Origin: Octopus sinensis
Taxonomy: Eukaryota
NCBI RefSeq assembly: GCF_006345805.1
Contig: NC_043019.1
Coordinates: forward strand, 25,543,360 to 25,607,359
Reading direction: 5' to 3'
DNA: 64,000 nt
The translations under genes and the position numbers were made by a program. The notes below the pieces were generated by a model. The model saw only the letters and a program-made list of their open reading frames with translations, made no database searches and was not told where the DNA came from. Of this stretch, positions 12,872 to 25,416 are shown in pieces (position 1 is the first letter of the stretch; each line of letters begins with the position of its first letter).

Positions 12872-13399
12872 ATATTATATATATAGATAGATAGATAGAT
12901 AGATAGATAGATGATAGATAGATAGATAATAGATATTCAAAATATTTCATATTTTACTACAATTCCCTCAAAATTTATTTCTACTCACATCTCCTCATCT
13001 ATTTCATCAATTTTTCTGGGCAAACTTAACTTCTGACATATTTCTCGACCCTTTCACTAAATCTGGCCCGACTTTTTTTTACCTTACTATATTATTTTTT
13101 TATTTTCATGATTTTCTATCGTTGATTTATAATCTGTGCAGGCAAAGACAATCAAAGGGAAACAATCCACTTAAGCTACGGGATTTGAGAAAGCATTGTG
13201 TGGTTGAGAATTCCTCAGACAAAATACACGTGACCGGATGTTCCATATACATGCAATGCATTCGTGTACGTCCAGACTCCCATTTTGTACTCAATCGTCT
13301 GGGAAAAGTCAGCTCTGAGATTAATATTAACGATATTTTGATTTATACATTAACTATTACTATAAAAATACACAGACCATACACACACACAAACACAAT

Positions 13400-13432
<33 letters not shown>

Positions 13433-13612
13433 GCCAACGTACATATATACACAGATATAGAAACATACATATGTATAAGTATATATAAATAAATGATTAT
13501 GTATACAAATGTAGATGTATATATGTGTATATTTAGAAAGATATATATATATATTCATATATATATATAGTCATATATATATATATACATATATATATAT
13601 TTATATATATAC

Positions 13613-13693
<81 letters not shown>

Positions 13694-14005
13694 TAAATAT
13701 AATATATATATATATATGATATATATATATATATATAATATATATATATGTAATATATATATATATATATAGGTATATCAATATGTTTAGACCGAGATTG
13801 AAAGAAAAGTGAATGACAGAGAGAACGAGGAAACGGTGAAGAGAGAGGGATAGAGATAGAAAGAGAGACAGAGAGAGGACGGGGAGTTGAAAAGAATGGT
13901 ACAAGTTGATATGTTAAAGACAGAACGGGGGGAGGCAGAAAGAAAGCTTAGATATGCAGTCAGTTCGATAAAGCTAGCGATCGAACGAGCGAATGACAAA
14001 GGAAT

Positions 14006-14047
<42 letters not shown>

Positions 14048-14334
14048 TGAGAGAGAGAGAGTGAGAGAGAGAGAGCGATGTATGCTGGAGATAAGTCTAG
14101 CTTGTATATAGGACACGATTTTCCGTGTCAACTCCTCATTTAGCAGAAAGCCAGTGCCGTTAATAAAATAGGTGGCCTCTTTCTGATTGCTGTAACATAG
14201 ATCTATTGATCAAGGAGAGTGCATTACAAATGTTAGGTGACATTATAGCAGCGATAATCGGATATCGGTTTCACACACACACACACATCCACACTACACA
14301 CACACATACGAACTAATAAAGTATATATGCATGT

Positions 14335-14374
<40 letters not shown>

Positions 14375-14820
14375 ATACATATATATATATATATGTAGTA
14401 TTTATAATTATATATATGATGTATATATATATATATATATATAGATTATATATATATATATATAGATATGTTATATATATATATATATATATATATAAAT
14501 ATATATATACATACCTACCTACCTCTCTCTCCCTCTCTCTTTCCACACACACACACACACACACATAGATAGATAGATAGATACATACATACATGTATAT
14601 TACGTATAAAAAAATATATATATATGTATATGTTTAAGCGAACGCGTATACATATACGTACACATTTTATGTAACCATATATCTATATTTAAGTGAACAA
14701 CCATTTATAAGTATACATTCATGTGTGAATATAGATATACATAATAAATATGAGGTTTTCGTGCGCGGTTTGTTTATCTTCAAAATAGAGCATTGTCTTA
14801 TATTGCTGCTGCGTTGTATT

Positions 14821-14958
14821 TGTGTGTGTGTGTGTGTGCGTGTGGATGTGTGTGTGTGCGTGTGGATGTGTGTGTGTGCGTGTGGATGTGTGTGTGTGCG
14901 TGTGGATGTGTGTGTGTGCGTGTGGATGTGTGTGTGTGCGTGTGGATGTGTGTGCGTG
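14821..14958. repeat. 20-bp minisatellite (GTGTGTGTGTGCGTGTGGAT)n, about 6-7 copies
   Basis: Exact 20-bp periodicity visible in the sequence. Confidence 0.92.
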
Positions 14959-15163
14959 TGTCTTTGTACACATACGCGCGTGTCTCTATTGTTCTATGGC
15001 TTGTCGTAACAGAACAATATTACATAAACGAAAGAAGCAAACTATTACAACTGACGAACGCATTAGCTAGAAACCCATAAAACGGAACAACACCAAATGC
15101 ACTTAGGTACAATACAGTTTAGCTTCTGCTGTGTGAGGCTTTATTTTTTCCATGCGTATTTAT

Positions 15164-15168
15164 TATTG

Positions 15169-15222
<54 letters not shown>

Positions 15223-15356
15223 TTGCTATTATTATTTCATTATTATTATTATTGTTATTATTATTATTATTATTATTATCATCATCATCATCATCATCGT
15301 CATTATTATTATTATTATTATCATCATCATTATTATTATTATTATCATCATCATCG

Positions 15357-15399
<43 letters not shown>

Positions 15400-15691
15400 T
15401 ATATTTTTATTATTATCATTGTTATTACTATTATTATTATTACGTTTATTATTGCTAATATTATTATTATTACTATTATTTTTGTTATTATTATTATCAT
15501 TATTATTATTACTAATATTATTATTATTATTACTATTATTATTACTATTAATACTATTGTTATTATTATCATTATTATTATTGCTATTATTACTATTATT
15601 ATTATTATTATTAGTGTTATTAATATTATTGTTATTATTACTATTATTACTATTATTATTAATATTATTATTATTATCATTATTATTATTA

Positions 15692-15736
<45 letters not shown>

Positions 15737-15760
15737 CATCACTATTATTATTGTTGTTGT
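15164..15760. repeat. Compound (CTA)n/(ATT)n/(ATC)n microsatellite
   Basis: Direct inspection. Confidence 0.95.
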
Positions 15761-16297
15761 TCCTGTTCATTTTATTCCATAAACTAACACAGTCAATATA
15801 CCTGAAAAATACATAAAAATTAAAAACAAAAGCTTTTCTTCAATCAAGCATAAAAACCAAATAGAAGCTGGAATATAAAAAAGACCCGTTGGTCTTGCGG
15901 AACCGGACGATTAACACGTTTTATTGAAAGTAGGTTTAATCTCGAAATATCTATCTGCTATGCGTACCAGCAATACATTTTCGTACACAAGCACATTAAC
16001 ATATATACATATATATGTGTGTATATGTATGTATGTGTGTGTGTATGTATGTATGTAGTATGTATGTAGTATGTATGTATATATCTATATATATATATAT
16101 GATATATATATAATAATATAAACATATATATTATATATATATATTATATATTATATATATAACATAATTATATGTATATAGATGGACATATATTTATATG
16201 ATATAGATGGACATATAATTATATGTATATAGATGGACATACATATATATATGTATGCGTAATATATGTGTTGTCTGAGTCTGTGTCTGTGTGTATG

Positions 16298-16334
<37 letters not shown>

Positions 16335-16499
16335 GTAGATATATATATATATACGCAGAGAAAGAGTCAGAGAGATAGGGAGTGTGTCCAGACACACACA
16401 CAAGCGTTGTCCTCAAAGTTAGCATCGGTTTCTTAGTAACTAACGTGAAGTCAGTTTTGGGTGGAGTAGCTCCTTTTGCATAGTAACCTTTCTTCCTGT

Positions 16500-17230
16500 T
16501 CTTCTTCATCGCAGGCAAATAATGGGTTTCAAGCAGAACCAAGGTGCCGTTATTGAGGTCTTGACGAAGAAGAGGTACAGGCTTTGTGACTTCCACAGAT
16601 ATCTGCATGTTGTTGACAGAGATGACACGATTGACAAGATTAATTTGCAGAGATTGATGAAGGAGTTCAAAGAATTTAAACCCAACATTGTAAAGAAGCC
16701 ACGCTGTGGAAGACCAACAGCTATGACCAGTGACAGAAATCGATTGCGAGAGAACAAATTGATTTTTTTACGGTTGTTGTTGTTGTTGTTTTTCAATAAG
16801 ATATTTTTTAATTATCAGTCGTGAGATACTACAGGTATTTCTCGGTAAACTTTCCTCGCGGTGAACTTTCTACGCGGTGAATTGATGGCGGTGAACTTAC
16901 CTGTAATCACATTTACCGTGACAATGTTCGAACACATACATGTTTACCAATAAATCAAGGAATCAGAAAATTGGACCGATCAGTGGTTCTCCATTCACTG
17001 CACTGCACGGATCTGTTGCCCTCCGTATTCTATCTGTTTGGTCCAATGAGCAACAGTCTTCGGGAACAAAGATTTGATGACAGAAACAAGTTAAAAGTTA
17101 TGTGGAGTAGTGCGTGCAACTGTGGTCATTTGAATTTTACCAAAAGAGATTCAAGAGTTGCGTTCAACGATGGTGCAAATTCAATGTTTGAGATTGAAAC
17201 TCTGTTGTATTGTTTTTGCAGAAAAAGGAA
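16500..17230 (+). mobile_element. Internally deleted mariner remnant
   Basis: N-terminus KQNQGAVIEVL...KPRCGRP (mariner HTH). C-terminus VLHSLHCTDLLPSVFYLFGPM (degenerate HPPYSPDLAPSDFHLFG). Confidence 0.82.
16832..16903. mobile_element. Tiny MITE-like insert within the mariner remnant
   Basis: TA|CAGGTA...TACCTG|TA termini enclosing four copies of a roughly 15-bp CGGTGAACTTTC-like unit. Confidence 0.55.
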
Positions 17231-17321
17231 GAATTTGTCTACGAACATGTGCAAATTGAACGGCCAATGGCATTTAATACAAATCCCACGTCCACTTTCG
17301 TATTATTCTGCCGTTATCTAT

Positions 17322-17493
17322 CCGAGGATGAGATACTTCCTGAAAATTCCGAGTACTTCCTGGAAAGTTCCGAGGTGGGATTTCCTGGAAGATTCCGATG
17401 ACTTCTTGGAATGTTCCTAGGATTGGACTTCGTGGAAAGTTCCGAGGATGGGACTTCCTGGAAAGTACCGAGGATGGGACTTCCTGGAAAGTA
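17322..17493. repeat. Quasi-palindromic 20-26 bp minisatellite (GGGACTTCCTGGAAAGTTCCGAGGAT)
   Basis: Seven units with cores at 17337, 17357, 17382, 17403, 17429, 17455 and 17481. Confidence 0.9.
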
Positions 17494-17510
17494 CATATAT
17501 ATGTACTATA

Positions 17511-17546
<36 letters not shown>

Positions 17547-17647
17547 CATATTACATTATATTATAAAGATATGTATACACATACACATATGTTTACATAA
17601 ATCTACATACGGACATACTTATATACGTACATGCATATGCATATATA

Positions 17648-17848
17648 TTTCTTTACTACCCACAAGGGGCTAAACACAGAGGGAACAAACAAGGACAGAC
17701 AGAGGGATTGAGTCGATTACATCGACCCCAGTGCGTAACTGGTACTTAATTTATCGACCCCGAAAGGATGAAAGGCAAAGTCGACCTCGGCAGAATTTGA
17801 ACTCAGAACGTAACGACAGACGAAATACGGCTACGCATTTCGCCCGGT
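17648..17848 (-). mobile_element. SINE family 1 (tail A), head truncated
   Basis: Near-identical to the units of the 3816-4583 array. Confidence 0.92.
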
Positions 17849-18240
17849 CTATGTGCAGAGATTGAGAGAGAGAGTGAGGAGAGAGAGAAAGAAGGAAAGA
17901 AAGAAAAAGAGAGAGAAGTTACATAGCGTTGTATTTGGCGGACGTCTGTGTCGTTTCCTCGTTGTCCCTGTCTATGTTTATGAGTGTAAAAGACCTTGTC
18001 GTTTTTCACTAAGCGATACAAGAGAATTTATTAGACATCATTAAAACAAGAACCAGACAGATGTAAGTACGGAGCTCGGCAGGATTCTGCGTGGATGAGG
18101 TTTCAATTATTATCATTACTATTCCAATATGGTAATTGCTTTAGTTTCGACACATGAGCTCTGCTAAATAGACTCATGCGTCCGTGCGTGTGTGAGTGAA
18201 TGTGTGTGAGTGTGTGCGCATGTGTGTATGTATGTATGCA

Positions 18241-18468
18241 TCGAGCTGGAAGAACCGTTAGCACGCCGGGCGAAATGCGTAGCCGTATTTCGTCTGCCGC
18301 TACGTTCTGAGTTCCAATTCCGCCGAGGTCGACTTTGCTTTTCATCCATCTTTCGGGGTCGATAAATTAAGTACCAGTTAAGCACTGGGGTCGATGTAAT
18401 CGTCTTAATTCGTTTGTCTGTCCTTGTTTGTCCCCTCTATGTTTAGCCCCTTGTGGGTAATAAAGAAA
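18241..18468 (+). mobile_element. SINE family 1 (tail A)
   Basis: CGAGCTGG head through CCCCTTGTGGGTAATAAAGAAA tail. Confidence 0.92.
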
Positions 18469-18525
18469 CATATATGTACATGTTCAGCATATGGGTATAT
18501 GTGTATTTATATATACAAATATATA

Positions 18526-19400
18526 TAAGGAGGTACCCAAAAGTAATCGGAAATGTTCTCTGTGAGACAAGCCCATTGTTGGTTCAGGCGTCCGCCGTGG
18601 GAAGCAACTTGATGCGACCCTCAAACATCAGTCTGTCGACCGGTGTCGTATGTTGCAGCCTTACTACCACGCGGTGTGTCTGTTTTGCAGTGCTTCTCCC
18701 CTGTTCGTCGATTTTTGCGATGGCTGGAACAAAGGAACCGCGTGCTTCCGCGAAATTTTGTTTTCTCGGGAGAAAACGGCAGCCGAAACAGTTGTAAGGC
18801 TTCACACAGCTTACAAGGACACTGCCACGAGCAAAACACAAGTTTACGAGTGGTTTTCACGCTTTAAGAATAGTCATTTGTCACTTTAAGACCAACCTCG
18901 TTCAGGACGACCATCAACCTCCCAAACGAATGCAAACATCACCGAAATTCATGACCTGATGTTGCAGAAACATCACTGAACAATTGACGAACTTGTTGAT
19001 ATGACTGGTATGTCCTGGAGCTGTTGCTAACAAATTTTGAGCGAGGAATTGCGAACGAAAAGTGTTGCAGCAAAATTTGTGCCATACTTGCTCACGGAAG
19101 ATTAAAAGCTGTTACGACTGAGTGAGTGTCGTAACGTAAACTAAAAAAACAGTTGGAAATTGATCCGGACCTTTTTTCGAAGGTCATCACTGTCGACGAA
19201 AGCTGGTGTTACGGAACTTGCAAATGTGGAAGAGGTGAAGAAACAAACGACGGAGGCGTTAATAGGCATCACTTTGTGAGAGTTCCGGCAATGCTGCGAA
19301 CTGGGGAAAACGCGTCTGGACCGATGCGCATTGCTTCAAATGGAGAATACTTCGAAGGGATAAAAGTGTAAATATGTAACTAAGTGAATAAAATAACATT
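18526..19400 (+). mobile_element. Degenerate mariner transposon, central part deleted
   Basis: Left TIR-like TAAGGAGGTACCCAAAAGT. Translation pieces: KFCF...KTAAETV...TQVYEWFSRFK...PRSGRP, AAKFVP, KVITVDESWCYG, then the C-terminal NGEYFEG. Contains stops and frameshifts. Confidence 0.92.
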
Positions 19401-19634
19401 TGAAAATTCTCTGCTATATATATATATGGTATATATTATATATGTGTTATATTTATATATATATTATATATATATATATATATATATTATATATTATATA
19501 TATATATATATATATACTTATTATATAGATATATATAAATATATGTATATATATATATATATTATATATATATCTATAATATATATATATATATACCATA
19601 TATATATATGCATACATATATATAAACATGAATG

Positions 19635-19665
<31 letters not shown>

Positions 19666-20055
19666 TATATATATATATGCATATATATATATGTATGTAT
19701 GTATGTATATATAGTACATACATATATACATACATATATATGCATACAGATATACATATATATATACATATATATATAGATATGTATATATGTGCGGGCA
19801 TTCCTTCTTTCTTTTCTTCTTGTTTCGTCTATTTTTTTTATATTAATAAATCTACAGATATTTGGCATCACAGTGAAAAGTAAATACCAAGGTTTCAGCC
19901 ATAGTCTCTTTAGGTACAGTAAACAAAAAGGAACCAGAACAAAATGAGTTTAATATGACTGGTTTCAGTCTGTACTAACGTTTCATCAGTGATCGATTAC
20001 TGATTCCTATTGAAGCAGAAAACATTAGCTTTTATTTGTTCGAATGCCTTTCAAG

Positions 20056-20125
20056 GTAATGCGACCGCCTCATCAGTGGAGCGTGGTGAAACTTTGTTGA
20101 AACGTTGGTTATATCAAGGTGGCTT
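20056..20125 (+). CDS. Candidate internal exon 1 of an unidentified spliced gene (GNATASSVERGETLLKRWLYQGG)
   Basis: T-rich acceptor ...GCCTTTCAAG|, donor CTT|GTAAGT, only one open frame. Phase matches the next candidate exon. No homology recognised. Confidence 0.45.
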
Positions 20126-20239
20126 GTAAGTATGATTTGCATGAATTAAATAAAACTCGAAATAAGTTTCATTTTAAAACCTGTTACACACACACACACG
20201 AACACGCACATACACACACACATGTGTGTGTGTGTGTGT

Positions 20240-20272
<33 letters not shown>

Positions 20273-20276
20273 ATGT

Positions 20277-20425
20277 GCCGCAGACGTAGCTGTGTGGCCA
20301 GAAGCTTGCTTCCCAACCACATGGTTCCGGGTTCAGTCCCACTATGTCACAACTTGCGTAAATGTCTTCTTCTATAGCCTCGGACCGACTAAAATCTTGT
20401 CAGTAGATTTGCTAGACGGAAATTA
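20277..20425 (+). mobile_element. SINE family 2, 5' fragment
   Basis: GCTTGCTTCCCAACCACATGGTTCCGGGTTCAGTCCCAC head. Confidence 0.85.
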
Positions 20426-20602
20426 ATCACCTGTTCCCATATGATTATATGCTTCCACACCTTTGTTTTTACAATTACCATCTCTTTCTATTTGATAATC
20501 TGTACCACTAATAAGTGTGTACCGGCTGATGGCTGTCGATTTTGTATCCTCTCCACTTCTTATTTGTCATATATATATATAATATATATATATAGCTAAT
20601 TG

Positions 20603-20627
<25 letters not shown>

Positions 20628-20639
<12 letters not shown>

Positions 20640-20996
20640 GGCAGTTTGTCTTGTGTGTGTTCTGTGTGTCTGTTAGGTTGTACCCTCACCCTGACCACGG
20701 CTTTCAACCGATTCTGATGAAACTTGACACACACATAGCCCAATGTCATACTTCAAAACAACGCAGGCGAAAATTTTGAAAAGTTCCCCCAGTTCTGAAA
20801 AAAATCGATAAATTCGACATGGGGTCGAGAATCAGAAACACAAACCACAGACTGTCTAGGGGACGCAACTCGACCTTTTTAACTAAAAAAAAAATTTACC
20901 ATAATTTTTTTTCCATTTTTTGGCTATAACTCTCTAAAAATGCTTTATATAGTTATTTCCCTTACAAACCCGAGCAACGCCGGGCGATGCTGCTAG
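20628..20996 (+). mobile_element. Non-autonomous Helitron-like element (copy of 8417-8795)
   Basis: Colinear high identity to the 8417 copy, with the same 3' hairpin and CTAG end. Confidence 0.88.
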
Positions 20997-21639
20997 TATA
21001 ATATTATATATATATGGGTGTATGTATCTATGTATGTATTATACACAAAACACACATATATGTGTGTGTTTGTATGTCTGCATATATATTATATATATTA
21101 TATATATATATACTATATATATATATATATATATATAAATTTCTTACCACGTACTTATTGCAAATTTAATAATAATATACATACATATGTGTGTATGTGT
21201 ATTATATACATACACGCATATATTTCTGTGTATACGCACATAATACTCTAGAGTAAATTTGTCCGTTCATGGTAGGTTGCATAATTTTTTCTGCTGGTTG
21301 GCGATCGAAATGGAACGTGAGAAAACAAATATTGAGAAACACGGATCTAATTGAACAAACCCAAAACTGGTGAATCTAAATGTACATAAGAGTGCATGAA
21401 TTTGCATTTTAAATTAATTAATTAATTAATTAATTAATTTTTTAATAGAAATACGACACAGCGGTATGTAAAAAGAAAAAAATGTGATTGTTTACGAGTT
21501 ATCGTATCTTAATAAGAGAAAAACTAGATTTTTAACACTCGAAGTACCAAGCGGTCATTTATGATCGGTTTTGCTTTTTACATTTTCATTTCTACAACTG
21601 TATTGAATGTATGATCATGAGCATCATTTTATATATATA

Positions 21640-21994
21640 CTAGCAGTATCGCCCGGCGTTGCTCGGGTTTGTAACGGAAATAACTATATAAGCATTTTTA
21701 GAGAATTATAGCCAAAAAATAGCAAAAAAATGCATTAAAAATGGAAAGAAAATTATGGTAAATTTTTTTTTAAATCGTTGACTCATCGTAGACATTTTTA
21801 GAGAGTTACTTCCCTTATATAATAGCGAAAAAAAATGCATCGTAGACGCGCCCTAATACCCAGAAGGGCTCGATATGAATCACGACTATAAGATACTCGG
21901 TTTTGGTTAAACTGCACCGCAAAATGTGGGAGTAGTTAGGAATCTAAATCGAAGGGGACAGACACTCACACAACTACAGTTTTATATATAAAGA
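21640..21994 (-). mobile_element. Non-autonomous Helitron-like element, second subfamily
   Basis: 5' TCTTTATATATAAA start, a different body, and about 130 bp of 3' end shared with the other two copies (hairpin plus CTAG). Confidence 0.85.
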
Positions 21995-22165
21995 TATATA
22001 TATATGTGTGTATATATATATACTTTTTGTACGTATTTTTTTATAAATGCCGAAAGACTGTATTTCCAAAGCCTTGATTCACTGTATTAGCTTATATTTA
22101 AAATAAATTGTATTAAAATAAAGATTTTCCATGCCAGTCAAAAATGACCTCTGTTGTCCTTGTAG

Positions 22166-22241
22166 GAAGTATGAAATGTCGGTGCTTCTAAATGTTAAGT
22201 ATGTGGGTGGATTACCAGGAAAGACAGTGCGGTCTCTTGAG
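22166..22241 (+). CDS. Candidate internal exon 2 (KYEMSVLLNVKYVGGLPGKTVRSLE)
   Basis: Acceptor CTCTGTTGTCCTTGTAG|, donor GAG|GTAAAA, single open frame, phase-compatible with both neighbours. Confidence 0.5.
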
Positions 22242-22965
22242 GTAAAAAGTCTTATTATAAGGCAAACATTACATTGGTCGACGCCTTCTTTCAATTTTTC
22301 TTTCTTTTTCTTATCTTACTCTCTCTCACTCCCTTTTTCTCACACTTTCTCTCTTTTACCATTTTTATTCTCTCCTTCCATTGTTCTCCTCTCCACCTTC
22401 TTTGTTCTAACAAAGATCAGATGATTTTTGCCCTGAACCAGTAAATTAACTTTGTGGAATTAATTCTTAATTATTTTTCCATTTCCCTCACTTTCTTCGA
22501 GTCTCAAATCTTTAATTACCAATTATCTCTCCTTTTCCATAAGAGTTTCAAATAATTACCGATAACTTTGGAAGTTTGATTTTTTCCCCCTTTCAGAAAA
22601 CGACAGATTCAAATCAATTAAGAAACGTTATATGTCATTCGGTTAATAGGTCATTAGATTTTTTTAGCTTATCTCTGAGATTTGTTTTACTATTCTCACT
22701 AACTAGCTAACTACCCAACAAGCAATCCAGCTAGCAACTGTCTTATTTACCTAGTTATCTACCGAGCTAGCAAGCCAGTACGGAAATGTCTTAACCTCCT
22801 AGCTTCCTACCAACAGACAACCCAGCAAGTAACTGTCTTATATATCTTGCTGCGCACAAGAAAACTCCGAACGAACCGTCCTTGTTTTTTCTTGTCCTTT
22901 TTTGTATCATTTAATTGTCTGGATATTTTGTTGTTGCCTGTTGCGTTCCTGTCCTATTTTTGTAC

Positions 22966-23017
<52 letters not shown>

Positions 23018-23019
<2 letters not shown>

Positions 23020-23321
23020 AGGTGCAATGGCCTAGTGGTTAGGGCATCGGACTCGCGGTCGTAGGATCGCGGTTTCGATTCCCAGACCGGGCGTTGTGAG
23101 TGTTTATTGAGCGAAAACACCTAAAAGCTCCACGAGGCTCCGGCAGGGGGGGGGATCCTTGCTGTACTCTTTCACCACTCTTTCTCTCACTCTTTCTTCT
23201 GTTGACCTGCTCGCTTAGCCAGCGGGGTGGCGTCATTCGAAGGCTAAAACAATGCGAACGCATTGTGACCAGCCATGTGTAACTACATCTCATGGACTGG
23301 TCGGTCACGTGATCACGTGAT
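23018..23321 (+). mobile_element. tRNA(Arg)-like SINE, family 3
   Basis: A box TGGCCTAGTGG, GACTCGCGGTC anticodon-arm-like segment, B box TTCGATTCC. Consistent with octopus OR-type SINEs (recalled, not searched). Confidence 0.88.
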
Positions 23322-24370
23322 GTATCCACAATTGTCCTTATACGATAAGTATATTTTTTCTCTAGCATTGATACGACTCTTAATCTGCGCTTGGCTTAGA
23401 TTTCCCTTGGCGGGCTGGCCATATCGGAGCAATCTCAAGATTAATCAGCCGAAATTGCTAAGATGATCTGGTTCTTGACTGATGACTGAGGGCTTCGAAT
23501 GTCCCGTCCTGTGGTTCTTGTGTCGTCTCTGTGGTGTTTTTCATGTTCTTGTCCATGTCTGTAATTATTTTTACTGTTGTACCTATATAATCGGCGGCTA
23601 CGTATCCACAATTGTCCTTATACGATAAGTATATTTTTTCTCTAGCATTGATACGACTCTTAATCTGTCTCTTTCTCTCTCTCTCTCTCCTCCTCCTTTC
23701 CCCTTCCTTTCTTTCCCTCTCCATCCGTCTTCCCCCCCCTTCTACGTTTTTCTCTATCTCTCTCATCTCCAGCCCCCTCGATCTGTCTCTTTCTTCTCCT
23801 CCCTCGTCCACCTTCCTCTCTCTTTTCATCTGTCCCTTTCTCCTGTCTTTTGTTCTCTCACGTGACCGCTACCGCTGTTGAGCGCTCCTTTTCGTTTCAG
23901 CAGTCGCAGAAGCAACACGTATTTGTTCGTCTCCCCGCGGCCATTAGGCACAACTTCACAAGCCAGCCCCATACTCAACTCGTCCTGTCGAAAGACCCTT
24001 GTCCTACGTCCGGTTTTTGTTTTGTTGTTTATTTTTTATTTTTACCGTTATTGTTTTTACGTTTTTGTATTCTTATTGGTGTCACGTATTCTGTATTTTT
24101 GTTCGTGTACTTCGTTCGTTTTTCCGTCTCGTGTTGTATACATTCGAAGCTTTTCTTCCAGGGATCTAATGCGCTTGGCTTAGATTTCCCTTGGCGGGCT
24201 TGGACATATCGGAGCAATCTCAAGATTAATCAGCCGAATTGCTAAGATGATCTGGTTCTCTGACTGATGACTGAGGGCTTCGAATGTCCCGTCCTGTGGT
24301 TCTTGTGTCGTCTCTGTGGTGTTTCATGTTCTTGTCCATGTCTGTAATTATTTTTACTGTTTACCTATAT
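23322..24370 (-). repeat. ORF-less unit with interleaved direct repeats X-Y-X-Z-Y
   Basis: 66-bp X at 23322-23387 and 23602-23667. About 200-bp Y at 23387-23589 and 24171-24370. Confidence 0.9.
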
Positions 24371-24377
24371 ATATATA

Positions 24378-24424
<47 letters not shown>

Positions 24425-24667
24425 GTGAAAAAAACTACAGAAGGCTTGTGTTTATAAGGTTAAAGAATATATTTAAGTCGTTATCTTAGAAAAATGTTAG
24501 AAAATTTTGTCTATAGTAACATAGTTTTTTGGAGAAATAACTGGTTTCGTATATTCTTTTCAAAATTTCTCAAATTTCTTTACCTACATCGTGTCATGTC
24601 TTCGCTATGAAGTGAAGAGTTCCAGGCAGGGGAAGGTAATCAGGGATATATGTACATACACATACAT

Positions 24668-24725
<58 letters not shown>

Positions 24726-24736
24726 ATATATAATAT

Positions 24737-24825
<89 letters not shown>

Positions 24826-24828
24826 TGT

Positions 24829-25198
24829 GGAGGTGCAATGGCCTAGTGGTTAGGGCATCGGACTCGCGGTCGTAGGATCGCGGTTTCGATTCCCACCGGC
24901 GTTGTGAGTGTTTATTGAGCGAAAACACCTAAAAGCTCCACGAGGCTCCGGCAGGGGGGGATCCTTGCTGTACTCTTTCCACCACTCTTTCTCTCACTCT
25001 TTCTTCTGTTGACCTGCTCGCTTAGCCAGCGGGGTGGCTCATTCGAAGGCTAAAACAATGCGAACGCATTGTGACCAGCGATGTGGTAACTACATCTCAT
25101 GGACTGGTCGGTCGTGATCACGTGATGTATCCACAATTGTCCTTATACGATAAGTATATTTTGTCTCTAGCATTGATACGACTCTTAATCTGCGCTTG
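24829..25198 (+). mobile_element. Second copy of family-3 SINE plus X repeat
   Basis: Near-identical to 23018-23394, including the 66-bp X and the first bases of Y. Confidence 0.9.
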
Positions 25199-25372
25199 AG
25201 ATTAAAAGTTTTTTAGCTGCTATTCTAATGAGTTCAGTATGCGGCAAAGTAATTTATTTTACTAAGCCCTTTTATATAATGTAATATTTGAATTCGCCTT
25301 GAATGGTCCCTTTGCATACTGAACACGTGGTGAAATTGATTAATAATTAATTAATTTTGCCCTTAATTGTTG

Positions 25373-25416
<44 letters not shown>

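Noticed and set aside
13141-13307. Possible upstream plus-strand exon (QRQSKGNNPLKLRDLRKHCVV...), and one at 348-392
   Set aside because: The acceptors are good, but I found no donor or intermediate exon giving a convincing phase link to 20056. Left unannotated.
23018-23095. tRNA-like sequences at SINE heads (also 6245, 33255, 41855, 53171, 56180)
   Set aside because: Acceptor and anticodon stems are broken, and each continues into a SINE body. They are not tRNA genes.
23488-23515. CTGATGA...CGAA in repeat Y as a hammerhead
   Set aside because: Stem II does not pair well and GAAA is replaced by GAAT.
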